A stretch of 64,000 nucleotides of DNA from Callorhinchus milii (lineage: Eukaryota): assembly GCF_018977255.1 (NCBI RefSeq), contig NW_024704743.1:35528001-35592000 (forward strand). The letters are read 5' to 3'. A program made the position numbers and the translations under genes. Positions 39,381 through 53,499 of the stretch are shown piece by piece (the first letter of the stretch is position 1; every line of letters starts with the position of its first letter). A model generated the notes under the pieces. That model had not been told where the DNA came from and did no database searches. It saw nothing but the letters and a program-made list of their open reading frames with translations.

Positions 39381-40559
39381 ACTAAGTCAGTTTTCCAGTT
39401 CTGCGGTTAGGGTATAACAATTAACTAACAAGTACTGCTCTGTGCTATTCTGTCCTTTCCAATAGATCACACACATCATTACATTCATTTCATCCCGTTA
39501 CAGCACTAACACTCATCTCCTGGGTTGCTCACAATTGCAGTTAATTTAAGTATGCAACGACGCATTGAAGCTTCAAAGGATACGTCTAGACAGTGATGAT
39601 AACATTTATACGTGGAACAAATTATTGAAAGAATCATTGAGATTACAGAATAGGAAAATATAATTTGCTTCATCAAACCTATGCTGGTGCTACCTAATTC
39701 ATTGGAGCTAACTACCATAACTCCGATTCCCAGCTGTTTCCTCTTTTTGCATTTTTTGCATGTTTCCTCATTAAATGATTATCTGATTCTCCTTTACATG
39801 TTTTTTATTTTTATGGTCAACATTCCTGTTGTACTATGCAAAGGCTATTTAAGGAAAAGAACTCCGCTGGATTAAATATGCTTCTCGTCTTGGATTTTAT
39901 CACCTTTTCGAAGGAGACAGNAAAAACGTTTAAAGAGCTTTCTCTCAGGAAGTTTAAAGTAAGTGGAATTTGAGTCAGTGATGGGACAGATAGAACAGAT
40001 TTTCCATATGATCTGCAGAAGGAGCTAGCTTGATGGGTGCAAGAGGCAATTTAATATTATTTAGATATCCTTTCATACAATACCATTTACATTTATATAG
40101 CGCCTTTCATTTCAGAAGGACACCTCAAAGCGCTTAAAATATAAATTGTAATCAATATAATATAACTTGTATATCCTCCAAGAATTGTCTCAAAAGCAGA
40201 TTGTCACCCCCACAGCTAGTCGATAATTATTCAATAATATAATCAAATGTTTCACCCCTATATAACTGTACATAACTGTAGGTCCCCCGGCAGCCAATTG
40301 TGCAAAGTGGTATGCCACAAACAGACATGGATTGATTGACCAAATTATTATTATAATTTTTTATAATATTATTATTAATATTAATGGATTATTACCCCCG
40401 GAAAGCGATCCACCAATCAACTAACAACTGGGATCCTATTTACTGCTAGGTAAGTAGAAGTGTGTGAAGTAAGGAAACTTGCCTAAGGTTTCGCCCTGTC
40501 CAGGAATCGAACCTGGATCCTCTTGCTTGCGAGGTAAGCTACATGACTCCATGATGTAT

Positions 40560-41160
40560 TTTCATGTATGTGGATGATATTCAAATTTACTTCTCCTCCT
40601 CCAGCTGTGACTCCAGGTCTGCTGATGTTCTGTTAGCTCGCTTGTCAGACATCAAGGCCTGGATGAGTGCAAACTTCCCGCAGTTGAATAATGACGAGAC
40701 AGAAGCCGTTCTCTTTTGGCTCCCATCAATGTTTTCTCTCTGGCGGTTCTGACCTCTTAAACCTCCCCGACCTATCCTGAACCTTACAGAAACTGCGCGT
40801 GACCTAGGCGTCAAGTTCGCCCTCCAACTTTGCTTCCTACCCCACATCTGTTCCCTGACCAGGACCGCTTTCCTCCACCTCCGCCACATTGCCCTCCGAC
40901 CGTAACTCAACCCAACACAGCCGAAACCTTCAGCCACACTTTTGTCACCACCCACTAGTTCAATGCCCTCCTCGTCAGTCTCCCAGAATTGTCTGTATAT
41001 TCACCACATTAAACGCTGCACCCCCATCACACCAGTCCTTATGAGGTTCCACTGGCTCCCAATTGCAGAACAGATCAATATGAAGATCCTCACACTCATC
41101 TACAATCCTTTCATACCACGGCACCTCCCTAACTCTCCGACCTCCATTCCTTACTCCCCA
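40560..41160 (+). mobile_element. L2 RT fragment
   Basis: MYVDDIQIY..DIKAWMSANF; FHWLPIAEQI. Confidence 0.85.
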
Positions 41161-43224
41161 CTCCATTATCCCACAAATAGCCGTAAAGGAAGTGACCAAT
41201 TTTATCAGGAGGAATGTTGGCCAAGACACTTGGAAAAACTCCCTTGTTGTTTCAAATACTGCTATGGGATCTTTAATGTCCACTGAAGCAGGCAGATGGG
41301 ACCTTCGTTTAATGTCTCATCTGAAGGATGGCACCTCCAAAAATGCAGCACACTTTCAGCACTATATTGGGGTGTCAGCCGAGACAGAAACTACCTCTGA
41401 CAACACAATATTCCCCCAGCATTGCACTGGAATGCTAGTCTAACTACACGCTCAAAGTGTAGGACACAAACCCATGCCCTTCCGACCTCAAAGACAAGAG
41501 TGCTACCAACAGCGCCAAGCAAGATGCGTAAACTACAAACTACAATAATATTGTGAATGTTACACAAGAAGGTTTCATGATGGAAATATGATGTAACTTG
41601 AAATTGTACGGAGATTAAGTATCTGATATACAACATAATGACAGAATTTATTACAAACTTGTTAACTGGGTAGATTTGTTTGTTGTTGAATTTTGTTGAA
41701 TCTGCAATGTTAATACAAAACATCCTTTCAACAAGATCCACAGACAATTTCCAAGCGACTGATTCAAGACCTTAGGGTTCTTAAGCAATAGATTAATCGC
41801 AAAGGTTAACTAATTAGAGCAGCACCATTTGCGATTGAGTAAATAAAATGAAAAACACTGTGACATTGTTGGCATGTGCCATGACATTCTGTTCCAGTCA
41901 CTAAGTGTTGAATGTGAGATGTCAAGTTCCTTCATCCACACATGCCTCCTGCTTCAGAAGCATTAATGGAAAACAAGGTTAGCTGTTAACATCACCTGCT
42001 AAGATGCTTTTAAAATCAGCAGCTAGCTAGCTTAGCATTTATTTCAGTTGACGGAGTAAATTACAAAGCAAACTTTTAGCGGTCTGCTACTGATGCCAGC
42101 AAAAAAGGTTTACTGTGATCTGTCAAAGTCAACTTGCTCCTTCAGGACCTTGGGATGTCCTACCAACGTGAAAGGCTCTTTACAAATGTAATTTGTTGTA
42201 TTTTGTTGTTGCTTGTGGGCAAGAGTGTAACTGTTTCTACTCTCTGGTGAAGTGTTCTTGGCTGAACATCGACTGAAAATGAAGAACTTTGTCCTTTTTG
42301 AGTTGTCTGGTTGGAGAAAATTGAAGTTTTTGCGCGATTGTAACTCTCATTCCTCTCCATTTCCCCAAGGTTTAAAGTACAAAGGATGCTGGGAACTGTA
42401 ACTGCACAATGCACAGCAGGTTAATAATAATTATTACCGTTGATATGATGCCCATATCATCAAAACAACTCAAGCGCTTCACCCGTCAAGAGAGGTAACT
42501 GTGTGTTTGTAGGCAAACATGGCAGCCAATTTACACACAGACAACCATTGACATGAATTTACCTGTGGGTGGCAAGAACACAAGGAAAAACTCCCTTTTC
42601 CTTTTTAATATTGCCACAGGATCTCTAACATCCGCCTCAATAGGCAGATAGGACCTTAGTTTAACGCCTTATCCAAAGGATGGCATCTCCGATAAACCAG
42701 AACTCCCCGAATACTGCTCTTAAGTGTCAGCCAAAGCTAAACATTGAGTCTTGAGTTCAACCATATCTTTCTGCCCCAGAGCTAAGAGTGCTGACAACTA
42801 AGCCAAGCTGACACTTGGTTTGTCATTCATACATCCTTTTTTCTATCTTTCCTCTAGAATCTCTTATATGCTTGGTAGTCTCTTTCCTTTGCTCACGCAA
42901 AGTTCCCCGGTCAATTATTGGACTTAGCTTTATAATAATAATAATCCTTGCATTTGATATAGAGCCTTATCACATCTTCAAGACATCTCAAAGTGTTTCA
43001 CAGAATATACTGTCAAGTGCATATTTGGTGGGTGAATTTATTATACTGAAGATCATACAGCCATAACAAAGGCAGCCCCTCTCCCAATTTAAACTGGGTA
43101 CTAATATCCATCAAGTGTCATGAAGCGTCTCTAATAGAACTAAACCTCACAAAGTAAGGAAATTATTTATCAGTGAACCTAAGGTAGAAACGGTCACGGA
43201 AATGAGGACTGAAATAGCATAAAG

Positions 43225-43950
43225 GTTGACTGAATGCATGGTCATAGAGGAAGGTTTTGAGATGGGCCTTTAAGGAAGTAAAGGAAGGGGCGAGGCAAAG
43301 GGTTTTCTGGATGGAGTTCCAGAGGGTGGGGGCAGAAAGGCTGAAGGCTTGTCTGCTGATGATGAGGGAGGCCGGGTGGAGGACATGGAGCAGGCCAGTA
43401 CCCGGGTAGGGGAAGGAGCGGGAAAGTTGGTAAAGTGGTCACAGGTCACAGAAGTAGGTAGGAGCAAGACCAAGGAGGGCTTTAAAAGTGAGGACGAGGA
43501 ATTTGAACTCTATCCTCTGGGGTTGGGGGACTAGTGAAGCAGTCTGAGGATGGGGTGATTGATTCACTGAGCTTGGTGCGGGAGAGGACAAGAGGAGCAG
43601 AGTTCTGAATGATCTGCAGCTTGTGGATGGAACAGTTGGGAAGACCAATAAGCAGGGAGTAAGCGTAGTAGAGCCTGAACATAATGAAAGCACGGATGAG
43701 GGTCTCGGTGGCCTGAGGGGAGAGGTAGTGGTGGAGACAGCAGTATTAGGGAGGTGGGGCAAGGTAGAAGGACTCAATATACGGATATGGGGTTTAAAGA
43801 ACAGCTGAGGGTCGAACAAGACATCAAGGTTCCCTACTGTCTCGGTGAGGTGGAGTGTCCATCCATGAATAATGTTGCTTCAGTGCCTGAGGTAAGGAGG
43901 AGCCAAGCAAGTGGGCCTCTGTCTTGTTGACATTCAACTGAATAAAGTTG
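43225..43950 (-). mobile_element. L2 LINE fragment
   Basis: FDPQLFFKPHI; RLYYAYSLL..HKLQIIQNSA. Confidence 0.85.
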
Positions 43951-46879
43951 TGATTGAGGCAAATACCTTAAAAAGGGAGCAAGACAAATACCTTAAAGAG
44001 TCAGCACAGGAGTTTGGGGAAAAGGCATGAGTATAAATACACTTAGAGCATCATCTGGATGCTAGGTTTGGAAATGAACCGGGCAGATGTGGCAAGCAAA
44101 AGAAACCACTAGACAGACAGGAGACACTGGAGATAAAGGGAGGAGAGAATGAGGAAAACAAGTAAACTACAGCTATAAATGTCTATAAATAGTCATTACA
44201 CTTCGCAGTAAATGATGTGAAATCTTTTGAGATATTTTGACAACATGAAAAGGCGCAACATCAAATGCACAGTTTCATTATTATTATTATTTTAGATGTC
44301 AACTTGGTTCAATTGGGAGTATATTCACATCTGGTCAGAATACTCACGTTTCAAGCACCTAAAATATACAACATTTAACATTTTTATTTCCGGTGTTATT
44401 TTACTTGTGAATTATTTTGCATTTACATATTGTAGAATAAAAGAAAATATTCAACAAAATATTCACGTCAAGCCTGTTTGTGGGATGTGTATAAATTAGT
44501 TGCATTCATCTACAAAGTACATACACAGTCATTTTACAGCAAATCCTGTGAAGTGCTTTAAGATGCCCTCCTAATGTAAAAGTTGCTATGTCAAAGGTAA
44601 GGACTATTGTTGTTGTTATTACGATTATTATTATTACAGGATTCAATGGTATTGACAATCAATATAAAATGGCAGGTGAACTAAATATTGCTTTAAGAAC
44701 TCTGATCCAGTTAACACAGAGCAGGTAATTCATTCTAAGGTCTGACTCTTGATGGCCTAATTTAATTTGCAATAGAAACAGTGGAGACGCTGTGTTACCG
44801 CATTTACTGGAGCCCCATCACCTTCTCTCCCACTAATCTCCCAGACAAGTCCTACACATTGAAAAAGGTCAACAGTTTTCTACGTACTGACCTCTAACAA
44901 AGGTTAATGGCTAATATATCTCGCATAGGGTACCTGCTTCCACTAATTAGGGCATGTTGAAGTCAAGTAGAGATTTCAGACACTCAAGAGGCTATTCATT
45001 GCCTGCTACAAGGGCCCTTTTTGTTGAAACTTTCTGTGACATTAATAGGACATCACAATGATGTGGATAGCATTAGTTGTCATTTGTTGGCCTCCCTTCC
45101 TGCTGTGCACAGTAGGGGAATGAGAACATTTTTTCCCCAAACATCAAACTTGACAAAAAGTTAGCTGTGCTGAAAGTCACACTTATTGTTTGTTGAAGAC
45201 ATTGCTCAGGTGCCTTGAGAGTTGACAGAGCTGACATGTGAAACAGCTCAAGCTATCTGTTTAACCTAGGACAGACGTTTTTGTTATCTTTTCAAATATA
45301 ATCATGTGAAGCACTAACCCTGCTTAAAAGAGAAAGTATGTACCTTGTCAGCCCTTTGACCTGCATTGAACTGGATTGATCGAAAGAAGTATGACAACTG
45401 CTGCTGACACAGCTTATTTACTATTACTTATGCCTCCATTCATACTGCTTTATAGCAATTAGAGATTGGAGTTCTACAAGTTTCCTTGCAAAGTGTCCTG
45501 TTTATTTTAAGTCTTTGTGATTTAAGTCTTTGGGTAAATGTGGTGGCACGGTGATACGTATCACCAGGGTTGTCAGTAGCCACTTTTGGACAATGTAGGC
45601 CTGTTGATATATTCAGAAATTCTGAAGTTCAATCCTAATATCAAAGGTCTACCTTTTTTCTAAAGTAAGAATTCATTTTCCAATTATATCTTTGTCTTTT
45701 GCTGTGGAGGCATTAATTATTAAGGTTATTAAAGATTTGGATGGGTTTTACCAATGAGAATTTTTTTTCATATTGGTTAGAGCACTTGCCTCACAAGCGA
45801 GAGGACCTGGGTTTGATTCCCGGACAGGGCAAAACATTAGGCAAGTTTTCTTGCTGTTTACCTAGCAGTAATTGACAAATTGTTAACCAATTGGCGGATC
45901 AGTTTCTGGGGATAATAATCCCTTCAAAAAAAAATAACATTAATAATAATTTGGTCACTCAATCCACAACTGATGACTGTGAAAATAAAGAGTGTAGGCC
46001 CAGGATTGAACTCTCATACCTGCTTAACATTGACCGCTTGCATGGTGCAGCACATCTTGTTGCAAGTGGTATTATCAGTTTTCACTGATAGCATCCAATC
46101 TGTAACTGTTGATATCTGATTGGCATCTCTGAGCGCACAGTGAATGCAGGAATACACCAACTTTCAGGAGTGCGCTGACAAGAATCTACATGGGCTCTGA
46201 AGCCCTGTCAGAAAAGGATAGCTCAATTTATATCAAGTTGCAGGAAAATTAACCAAGCAGTGACCTGTTGGGTTGCACTGACAGAAGCTCTGTGAAATCA
46301 CAGGTAATTTAAGCGAGGCAGTACATGTGCTCATGGAGATGGTCTGCACTACCACAATTGCTGTTTTCAGTTCACAACAGTAATTCTTAGTGACTTGCAT
46401 ATGCGGAGAAGCTGAGCATCTATTTTGGCTGCTGATGAGCTGAGCAGCTAAAGTTCTCCTGCCTGCACTATACAGGCTGCCAATGTAAATTTGCTGTCAC
46501 TGACTTGTATATTCATGCACAGGCTTCACCACACAGGAATTGTTTGAATGTGGATCAATCTGTTGCAGAAACAACCTCACAATATAAGCAGGGTGTTTTC
46601 TACAGCAAAAGGCGCCTACAGCTGGCATTGCAAAATCCCATCAGGAAGTGCGAACATGAGGACATTGGAAGTGCTACTCTGAATTGTAACATTCCTACCA
46701 TCCTAGTATTCCACTAGGAGAGCCAAATGTCTTTTCTACACAAAGACCTTCAAATTACTCTTCAATTGATCCAGTTTCCAGCTGTAGAACAGATAATGCA
46801 GTTCAAATCATAAGATTAAAGTAGAACACATTGGAACAATTTAGAAACATCTTGAAGGCATTTGTGTGACTGACTAGAA

Positions 46880-47035
46880 CGCCGGTGGACAACCTTTATG
46901 GTCGTCCAACAAAACAATTTATGCCTTAAATCAATAAATATTCAATCAAGAAAAAAGTGAAAACACGCACCCAATTAAACCCCATGTGATTGTTCGGGGG
47001 GCCGTTTCTTGACAGCCACGGGTTGACCATCACTG
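46880..47035. mobile_element. hAT/Charlie-like MITE
   Basis: Right TIR reads CAGTGATGGTCAACC; left TIR is degenerate (CGCCGGTGGACAACC); flanking 8-mers GACTAGAA and GATTAGAA match at 7/8. Confidence 0.6.
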
Positions 47036-47689
47036 GATTAGAAGGTTCTGTGGAAATTTGTCAACATCTTTAGACAAGTCACTGCATAGGACACAATGTG
47101 CAACTTCCTGATCGGATTAATGGGGAGGACTGAATATAGAAATACTCAGTCCTATTATATAGCCTTTCTCTGTCCCTAATCAGAGCAGAGCATATTTACT
47201 ATGTTGAGAGTAAAGAGGTTTTGCAATGACATGTACATTGGGATGTTTATGGAATCCAAAACACAACACTCATGCTTAGATAAATGAAGAAAATACAACA
47301 CTGACCTCTTCATGACATTGTATGTGGTGGAACCGATTGCGCAGCATTGAGTCACTGACTTAAGAACATAGTGAGGGATGTGATAGATAGTTTCCAGATT
47401 TCAGTCTCTGTTGAAAAAAATATTGACACCACTGAAGGGGGTTGTGAGCTAAGCTTTTCTAGTTTGCATGGGGTCAAGCTTCATATGGAGATAATGAGTA
47501 CTGACTAGCTGTCATTTCTTAGTGAGTAACTAGCTTTCTACAGTTGTAGGGATATTACTTCAATTAATTCAGACTTTGATTAGATTTTACTTTGGTGAGG
47601 GGATGTAGTACGTTATCACATCATTGAGATGTCTCAAAGTGCTTCACGAGATTTCACTGTTTGTTAGGTGAAAGTAGACCAAGGTCCAT

Positions 47690-47990
47690 TGAAAGTCCTC
47701 TCTTTCATATGCCTATCCACTTCTCTTTTGAAAGCTACAATAAACTCTGCCTCCACCATCCTACTCCGCAGGGCATTCCATATCCAACAATGCATTGAGT
47801 GACAAAATCCATCCTAAGTTCTCCTTTCACTATTTTGTGGCTAACTTATATCTACCAATGGAAATAACTTCCCCCTATTTATCCTCTCAAAACCCCTGAT
47901 AATTTTGAACACTACTCTCAGGCCCTCTCCTCAATGTTCGTTGCTCCAATGAAAACCGACCCATTTTCTGCAATCTCTCCTCATAACTGA
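47690..47990 (-). mobile_element. CR1 fragment
   Basis: Reverse-complement similarity to 62611-62870. Confidence 0.7.
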
Positions 47991-50169
47991 TTGAAGAAAT
48001 AAGGTCTGTTTGGGGGGTTACTACAATAACTGTTAGTGGCAATGGTACATGCTGAATCTGAATGGACCGTGGGGTTTGTTACTGCATTGGTCAACTGAGG
48101 TTAATAAATCTCACGGCAATAATCTCCATTTTCAGGGGAGAGGCTGTCCCATAGAAATGTAATTCAATAATTGTGTTGCAACAAGTGAGGAAATAATGAA
48201 TCGTACTACTGTATACAATGAATTAATGATTTTTGCACTAGATATAGCACCTTATCACATTGTTGAAACATCTCAAAGAACTTCAAAGGAGTTTAATTGT
48301 GAAAAGCAGTCACTGTGCATTTTGTAGATGAACAGCGCAGCTAATTTGACTGCAGCAATTTCCCACAAACAGCCAAGAAGTGAATGTTGGCTAGGACATC
48401 AGGAAAAACTGCAACTTTTCAAATGAAAGATCATGGGATCTTTAATTACCAAACTGAGACAGACAGACGCCTGGTTCCACATGGCCAGGGAAAACTAAGA
48501 TGATGTAAAACTACACTGGCAGAGTAACTTTGAAAACATTCAAAGTTAAGTCAAATACATCTGTTTTGCTTCCTTTAGAGATATACATCTGCTTTCAATT
48601 TTTTTTTAATATGCTCAAGTCCTAAAGCTACAGGACAATTCAATGATTGCACTATGTACGGATCTAGGGAATTTGGTCTGTTATCAGTTAAACCTATTTC
48701 ACAAATTGTTTCATGAGAGTGATGTGTCCCAGCACTTAGAGATGGGAAAATTAATATCTCTTGACTCAACTTACTACAAATCCAATTTGCTTCAGCTTAG
48801 TTTATTACAGAGCAGCATTTGTTAGCTTTCACAGAGGAATCAGTACCCCATTATCTCCCAGGTGGATGGAAAATGAATGGTTCAAAAAACGTGTCCAGAA
48901 TTGGGAAAAATGTGGTGAAGGATGGCAGAAAATATAAAAGGAAAATATGTTTTGCCCACAAAATACACAATCAATCCACTTTACAATATATCCTGTGAAG
49001 CACTTCCAGACGTCTCAATGATGTGATAAGGCGCTACATCAATTGCAAGGATTATTATTGAATGCAAGGATTATTATCTTTCCTGCATTTGAAATTTTCA
49101 TTTGTTTAACCATTTCCTAGCCAAGTTGAGTGGGGTGGGGGGTACAGTTCCCTTGCCCCTCCCACGCTCAAGTCTTTTACCTGTGCTACCTCTTGAGCTG
49201 GCTGCTAGAAGGTCATCAGGTTCAGGTCAAACCTACATCCCACTATGATCCGGTACAATGCTTAGGTGCTGATGGTGTAGGGGGAATTGGGATGAGAGCA
49301 GAGAGCTCCAATGGAAGAGCTAGCACCAACACAGGCAACAAAATACCAACAAAGTACAAACCTTCTGCGTTTCAAGTATGTGAAAGTGGAGCAGGGTGAG
49401 CATCTGTCCAATGCTTCCTCCCTTCCTATGGAAAAGCACCTGTATTGTGTTCCTTCACTGAATCCCATTGACAGCACAGCTAAGATTTAATAGCAGCTCA
49501 TTGGTGCTCTGATTTCTGCAAGCAGTTTTCAAAGAAAATTGATAAAAATTACAAATAAAATCCTATCAACCCCATTTTTATAAGAAAAATGTGTACTTTC
49601 ACCAGCAGTGCTCAATATCAAATATCCCTGGGACCAGCTACAGAAGTTGTTCTGAAATGAAATCATGAAAGAATAGAATTTACAACAGCATTAGTCTCAT
49701 TGGGCCTAGTTGATGCTAGCTCGTGCACTGGAGCAATCTGCCCTCATCTTAATTCCCTGCTACCATCCAATAACTCCTGCTAGTTATACAACACTAATGC
49801 ATTATATCAGGACATGCTGGGATGCAAATTCGACCCTAAACTAAAGAGTTTCCAACCTGCTGTGAGTCTGATAAAATGCCTCAGAGAAACCAGGAATATT
49901 CCCACAGAGAGGAGAGAAGCAGCAGGGGAGCTTTTTGGAAAGGGTCTTAAGAAACCACCAGCATTGACAATAAAATGATCTGGTTTTCCTTTCGACAATT
50001 GCGTGCTGTAGAGACTTACTGCATTATGCAATGTTGTCTTTATGCTCCCATCATATGGTTGTACTTAGCACCAGATATTAGGATGTTTGTAGGCAACCTA
50101 ATGTTGGTCTTCTGCCCTGTTTTGTTCATAGTAGCACATGCAGCCATCACTTGAAAAGCTTCAAGATTA

Positions 50170-53060
50170 TACAAAAACAACTCGCATTTATGTAATGCCC
50201 TTCACGCCGGGTAGATCTTTAGGCCTGATTTGAAGGAGGGAGGGGGCAAAGCAGAGGGAGTGAGTTCCAGAATTTCAGGCTGCGGGTGGTGGAGTGGGGT
50301 GTAAACAAATTGGATAGGTAGGGAGGTGCGAGGGCATAAAAGGATTTGAAAACGAGTGAGAGGATCTTGAAATCGATCCGTTCAGTAATTGGGAGCCAGT
50401 GGAGCCTGGCAAAGCCTGGTGTGATAGGGGTACGGAGTTTTGTGCAGGTGAGAATCTGGGTGGTGGAGTTCTGAATTAGTTGAATTTTGTGAATGTTGGA
50501 GCTGGGGAGACCAGCCAGGTGGGCATTGAAATAGTCCAACCGGGAAGTGACAATGGTGTGGACAAGGGTTTCAGCTGCTTTGGTTGTGAGGTACGGATGG
50601 AGGTGGGCAATGTGACGGAGGTGGAAAAAAGCGGTCCTGGTCAGGGAACCGATGTGTGGTAGAAACAAAAGCTGGGGATCGAACTTGATGCCTAAGTTGT
50701 GCACGGGTTCGATGAGTCTGAGGAAGAGCCCGAGGAGGTTGAGGAGTTTAGACCCACAGGAGAGAAGACTTTGACAGGAGCCAAGAGTATGGCTTCCACC
50801 TTGCCTGCAGTAAATTTGCACTCATCCAGGCCTTGATGTTCCTGGGATTCACAGCTGGAGGAGAAGAGGTAGATTAGTGTGTCATCGGCATACATGTGGA
50901 AGTTGACTCCATGTCTGCGGATGACATCACCGAGGGAGCGCGTCGATGAGGAAAAGAAGGGGGCCAAAGATGGAGACTTGGGGTACCCCACAAGTGAACT
51001 GGGTGGGGGCGGGAGGAGATACCATTTGCTGAGATTGTATTGTGGGCGATTTGTTAAGTAGGACTCAAACCATGCGAGTGCAGTCCCACTAAGGTGGAAA
51101 GGGAGTAGTGGCAGTGGCGGTGGATGGCGTGATCAACTGTGTCGAATGAGGCGGAGAAGTCCTGGAGAACGAGGAGGCAGAGGGAGCCCTGGTCACAGAG
51201 AGAGAGAATGTCATTTGTTACTTTGATGAGCGTTGTCTCTGTGCTGTGGGCAGGGTGAAAACCAGACTGGAGGGGTTCGATTTGGGAATGGAGAGAGAGC
51301 TGTGAGCAAATTTGATTTGCAAAGACACATTCCAGAACTTTGGCCAGGAAGGGCAAGTTTGAGATGGGTCTGAGGTTTGTGAGGTTGAAGGGATTGAGGG
51401 TAGGTTTTTTAAGGAGAGGAGTGATGACAGCTGTTTTGAGGGGGAATGGGACAAAGCCTGAAGAGAGCGACTGGTTGATTGTATCAGCAGCAATGGGCAG
51501 AGGAAGGAGAGTTGAGTGATCAGAAGCTGGGTGGGGAAGGGTTTGAGGCAGCAGGTGGTGGGCTTCACCTGGGTGATGGTGGGGGAAGGGAGGAGAGAGA
51601 GATGGGGGCAAAGGAGTGTAGGGTGGGGGCTATGGTAGGTGGAGAGGGTGGTGAAGGAGGCATGAGGTGGGAGGAGGAGGAAGCCAGGTGAATGTTATCT
51701 ATCTTCGAGATAAACAAGTCCAGCCCTCTTTGCACTTGGCATCGGAAGTGAAGATTGAGGGTTCCTGAGAAGGTGGGTGGTGAAGGTGGTGGGTAGTAGA
51801 AAACAGGATTTTTGGGGTTATTTTTGGCCTCGAGGATGACCTGTGAAAAGAAGACAGTTTGGGCTTGAAAGATGGAGCGGCGGATGGTATGAAGATGCTC
51901 GAGCCACAGTTGGTGGTGAACCATGAGGCAGGTTTTGTGCCATCTGCGCTCGAGCAACTGGGTTTGGGATTTGAGGGAGTGGAGATGACTATTGTACCAG
52001 GCAGAACGGGTGGGTTTGGAGCTGCTCCTGGATTTCAGGGAACAAGGGAATTAAAGATTAAAGAGAGACAATCGTCTAGCAACTTGAGGGCTGCATCAAG
52101 ATCGCTGTGGGTGGAAGGCCAGAGGGAGAGAAGATCTGAGGATGAGAGGGTGTTTGTGAGGGACTCGAGCGGAAGCTTTTTGCAGGGGTGGAAAAAGACA
52201 GTGGAGGGCTTGGAGGAGGGGAGGGTGATACGAGAGGAGAGGGAGATGAAGAAGTGGTCAGAGATGCCCTTGTCCATGATGGACAGACCGGAGATGTCTA
52301 GGCCACGGGTGATGAACAGGTCAAGGGGTTGACATGGTTGTGGGTCGGGAAATTAATGTGGAAGGTGAAGTTTAGGGTGGAGAGGAGGGCAGTGAAATCA
52401 GAGGTGATGAGGCAGGAGGAGTTGAGGTGAAGTTTGAAGTTTCCCATTCAACCAGGATTTCAGTGCAGAGGGACAGGATTGAGAAGAGACTGAAGATATC
52501 CTTGAGGAAAGAGCCAGGCAGATGTTATCTATCTTAGAGATAAACAAGTCCAGCCCTCTTTGCACTTGGCATTGGAAGTGAAGATTGAGGATGCCTGAGA
52601 AGGAGGGATGGTACATCCTCAGACCTTCTCCACTAACACAGTAGACTAGGAGAATTTTGAGGGAGAGAGAGGAGGGATAGTACAGGGTGAGGTGCTCAAA
52701 TGAGATGAAACAGCCAGAGGATTAGGGGGCTAGAAGAAGGGAGGTTTGGGAGAAGGCGACCTCACCGCCGCAGCAAGGATGAGGTCTGGATGGCGAGGGC
52801 TTTGTTTGAGAGGGAGCGGACATTTTGGAGGCCAAACTGGATAGGGGCGCTGATAGGAGAGAGGGGGGAGCGGCTGAGGGAGGGAGGGGTTTAGGAGAGT
52901 TGCAGGTTTGGGGGGGAAAATGGCCATGGGGTTTGAAGGGTAGGAGAGTTGAGAAGGGTATGGATGTGGATGAGGGAAGGGGGGTTTGTCTTCTGGAGGC
53001 CGGAGAGAGAGTGGGAGATAGGGCAGTCAGGGTGGCTGATCTGGGAAACCATCGGGTCAT
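50170..53060 (-). mobile_element. Large degenerate L2-clade LINE (endonuclease and RT remnants, frameshifted, with 3' tail)
   Basis: Fragments translate to ISDHFFIS (EN), KTAVITPLLKKP..RPISNLPFLAKVLE, QSGF.PAHSTET, D.SASFDTVDH, HMYADDT (RT) and SRLDYFNA..LHWLPITERIDFK. Confidence 0.93.
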
Positions 53061-53499
53061 AATATGCAGTTTGATAAGGACAAACTGATATTCAGGTCCT
53101 GACATATAATGATCTAGTATGGGGCCTCAGACCACAGTATTGGGTTAAAATTAGCTGATTGTTAAAATATGAAGGTAGAAATTGGTTCATCTGGCAGGAT
53201 ATGATAAAAAAATTAATTATTTATCATCACTAGCCAGTTTACATATACTTATGCAGCAAGAGAATGCATTGTCTCCCTAAATTATACTGAAGTATGGTTT
53301 GATTGATATGGATGCAATGATCCATTTTGGGCAGCAATCATTTAAGTTCATGACAGCTTTTCCAAGTACTGCATTTTACGTCATAATTACTGGAAATTTT
53401 GAATGCTATAGTGCAGAAACTATTTGACCCATCAAGTCTGCACTGATGTTTTTTCTCCAAGTAAGCCACCTAAATTACACAATTCACTAAAAATAGCAA

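Noticed and set aside
1312..39921. Single N bases at 1312, 12326, 32919 and 39921
   Set aside because: All sit at homopolymer edges, consistent with sequencing or assembly ambiguity rather than biology.
45340..45425. Possible far-upstream F13A1 exon (minus-strand AAG|GTACAT)
   Set aside because: Only a weak donor-like site with no other support.
50219..53105. Long ORFs as a host gene or an active reverse transcriptase
   Set aside because: These are frameshifted, deleted L2 ORF2 remnants.
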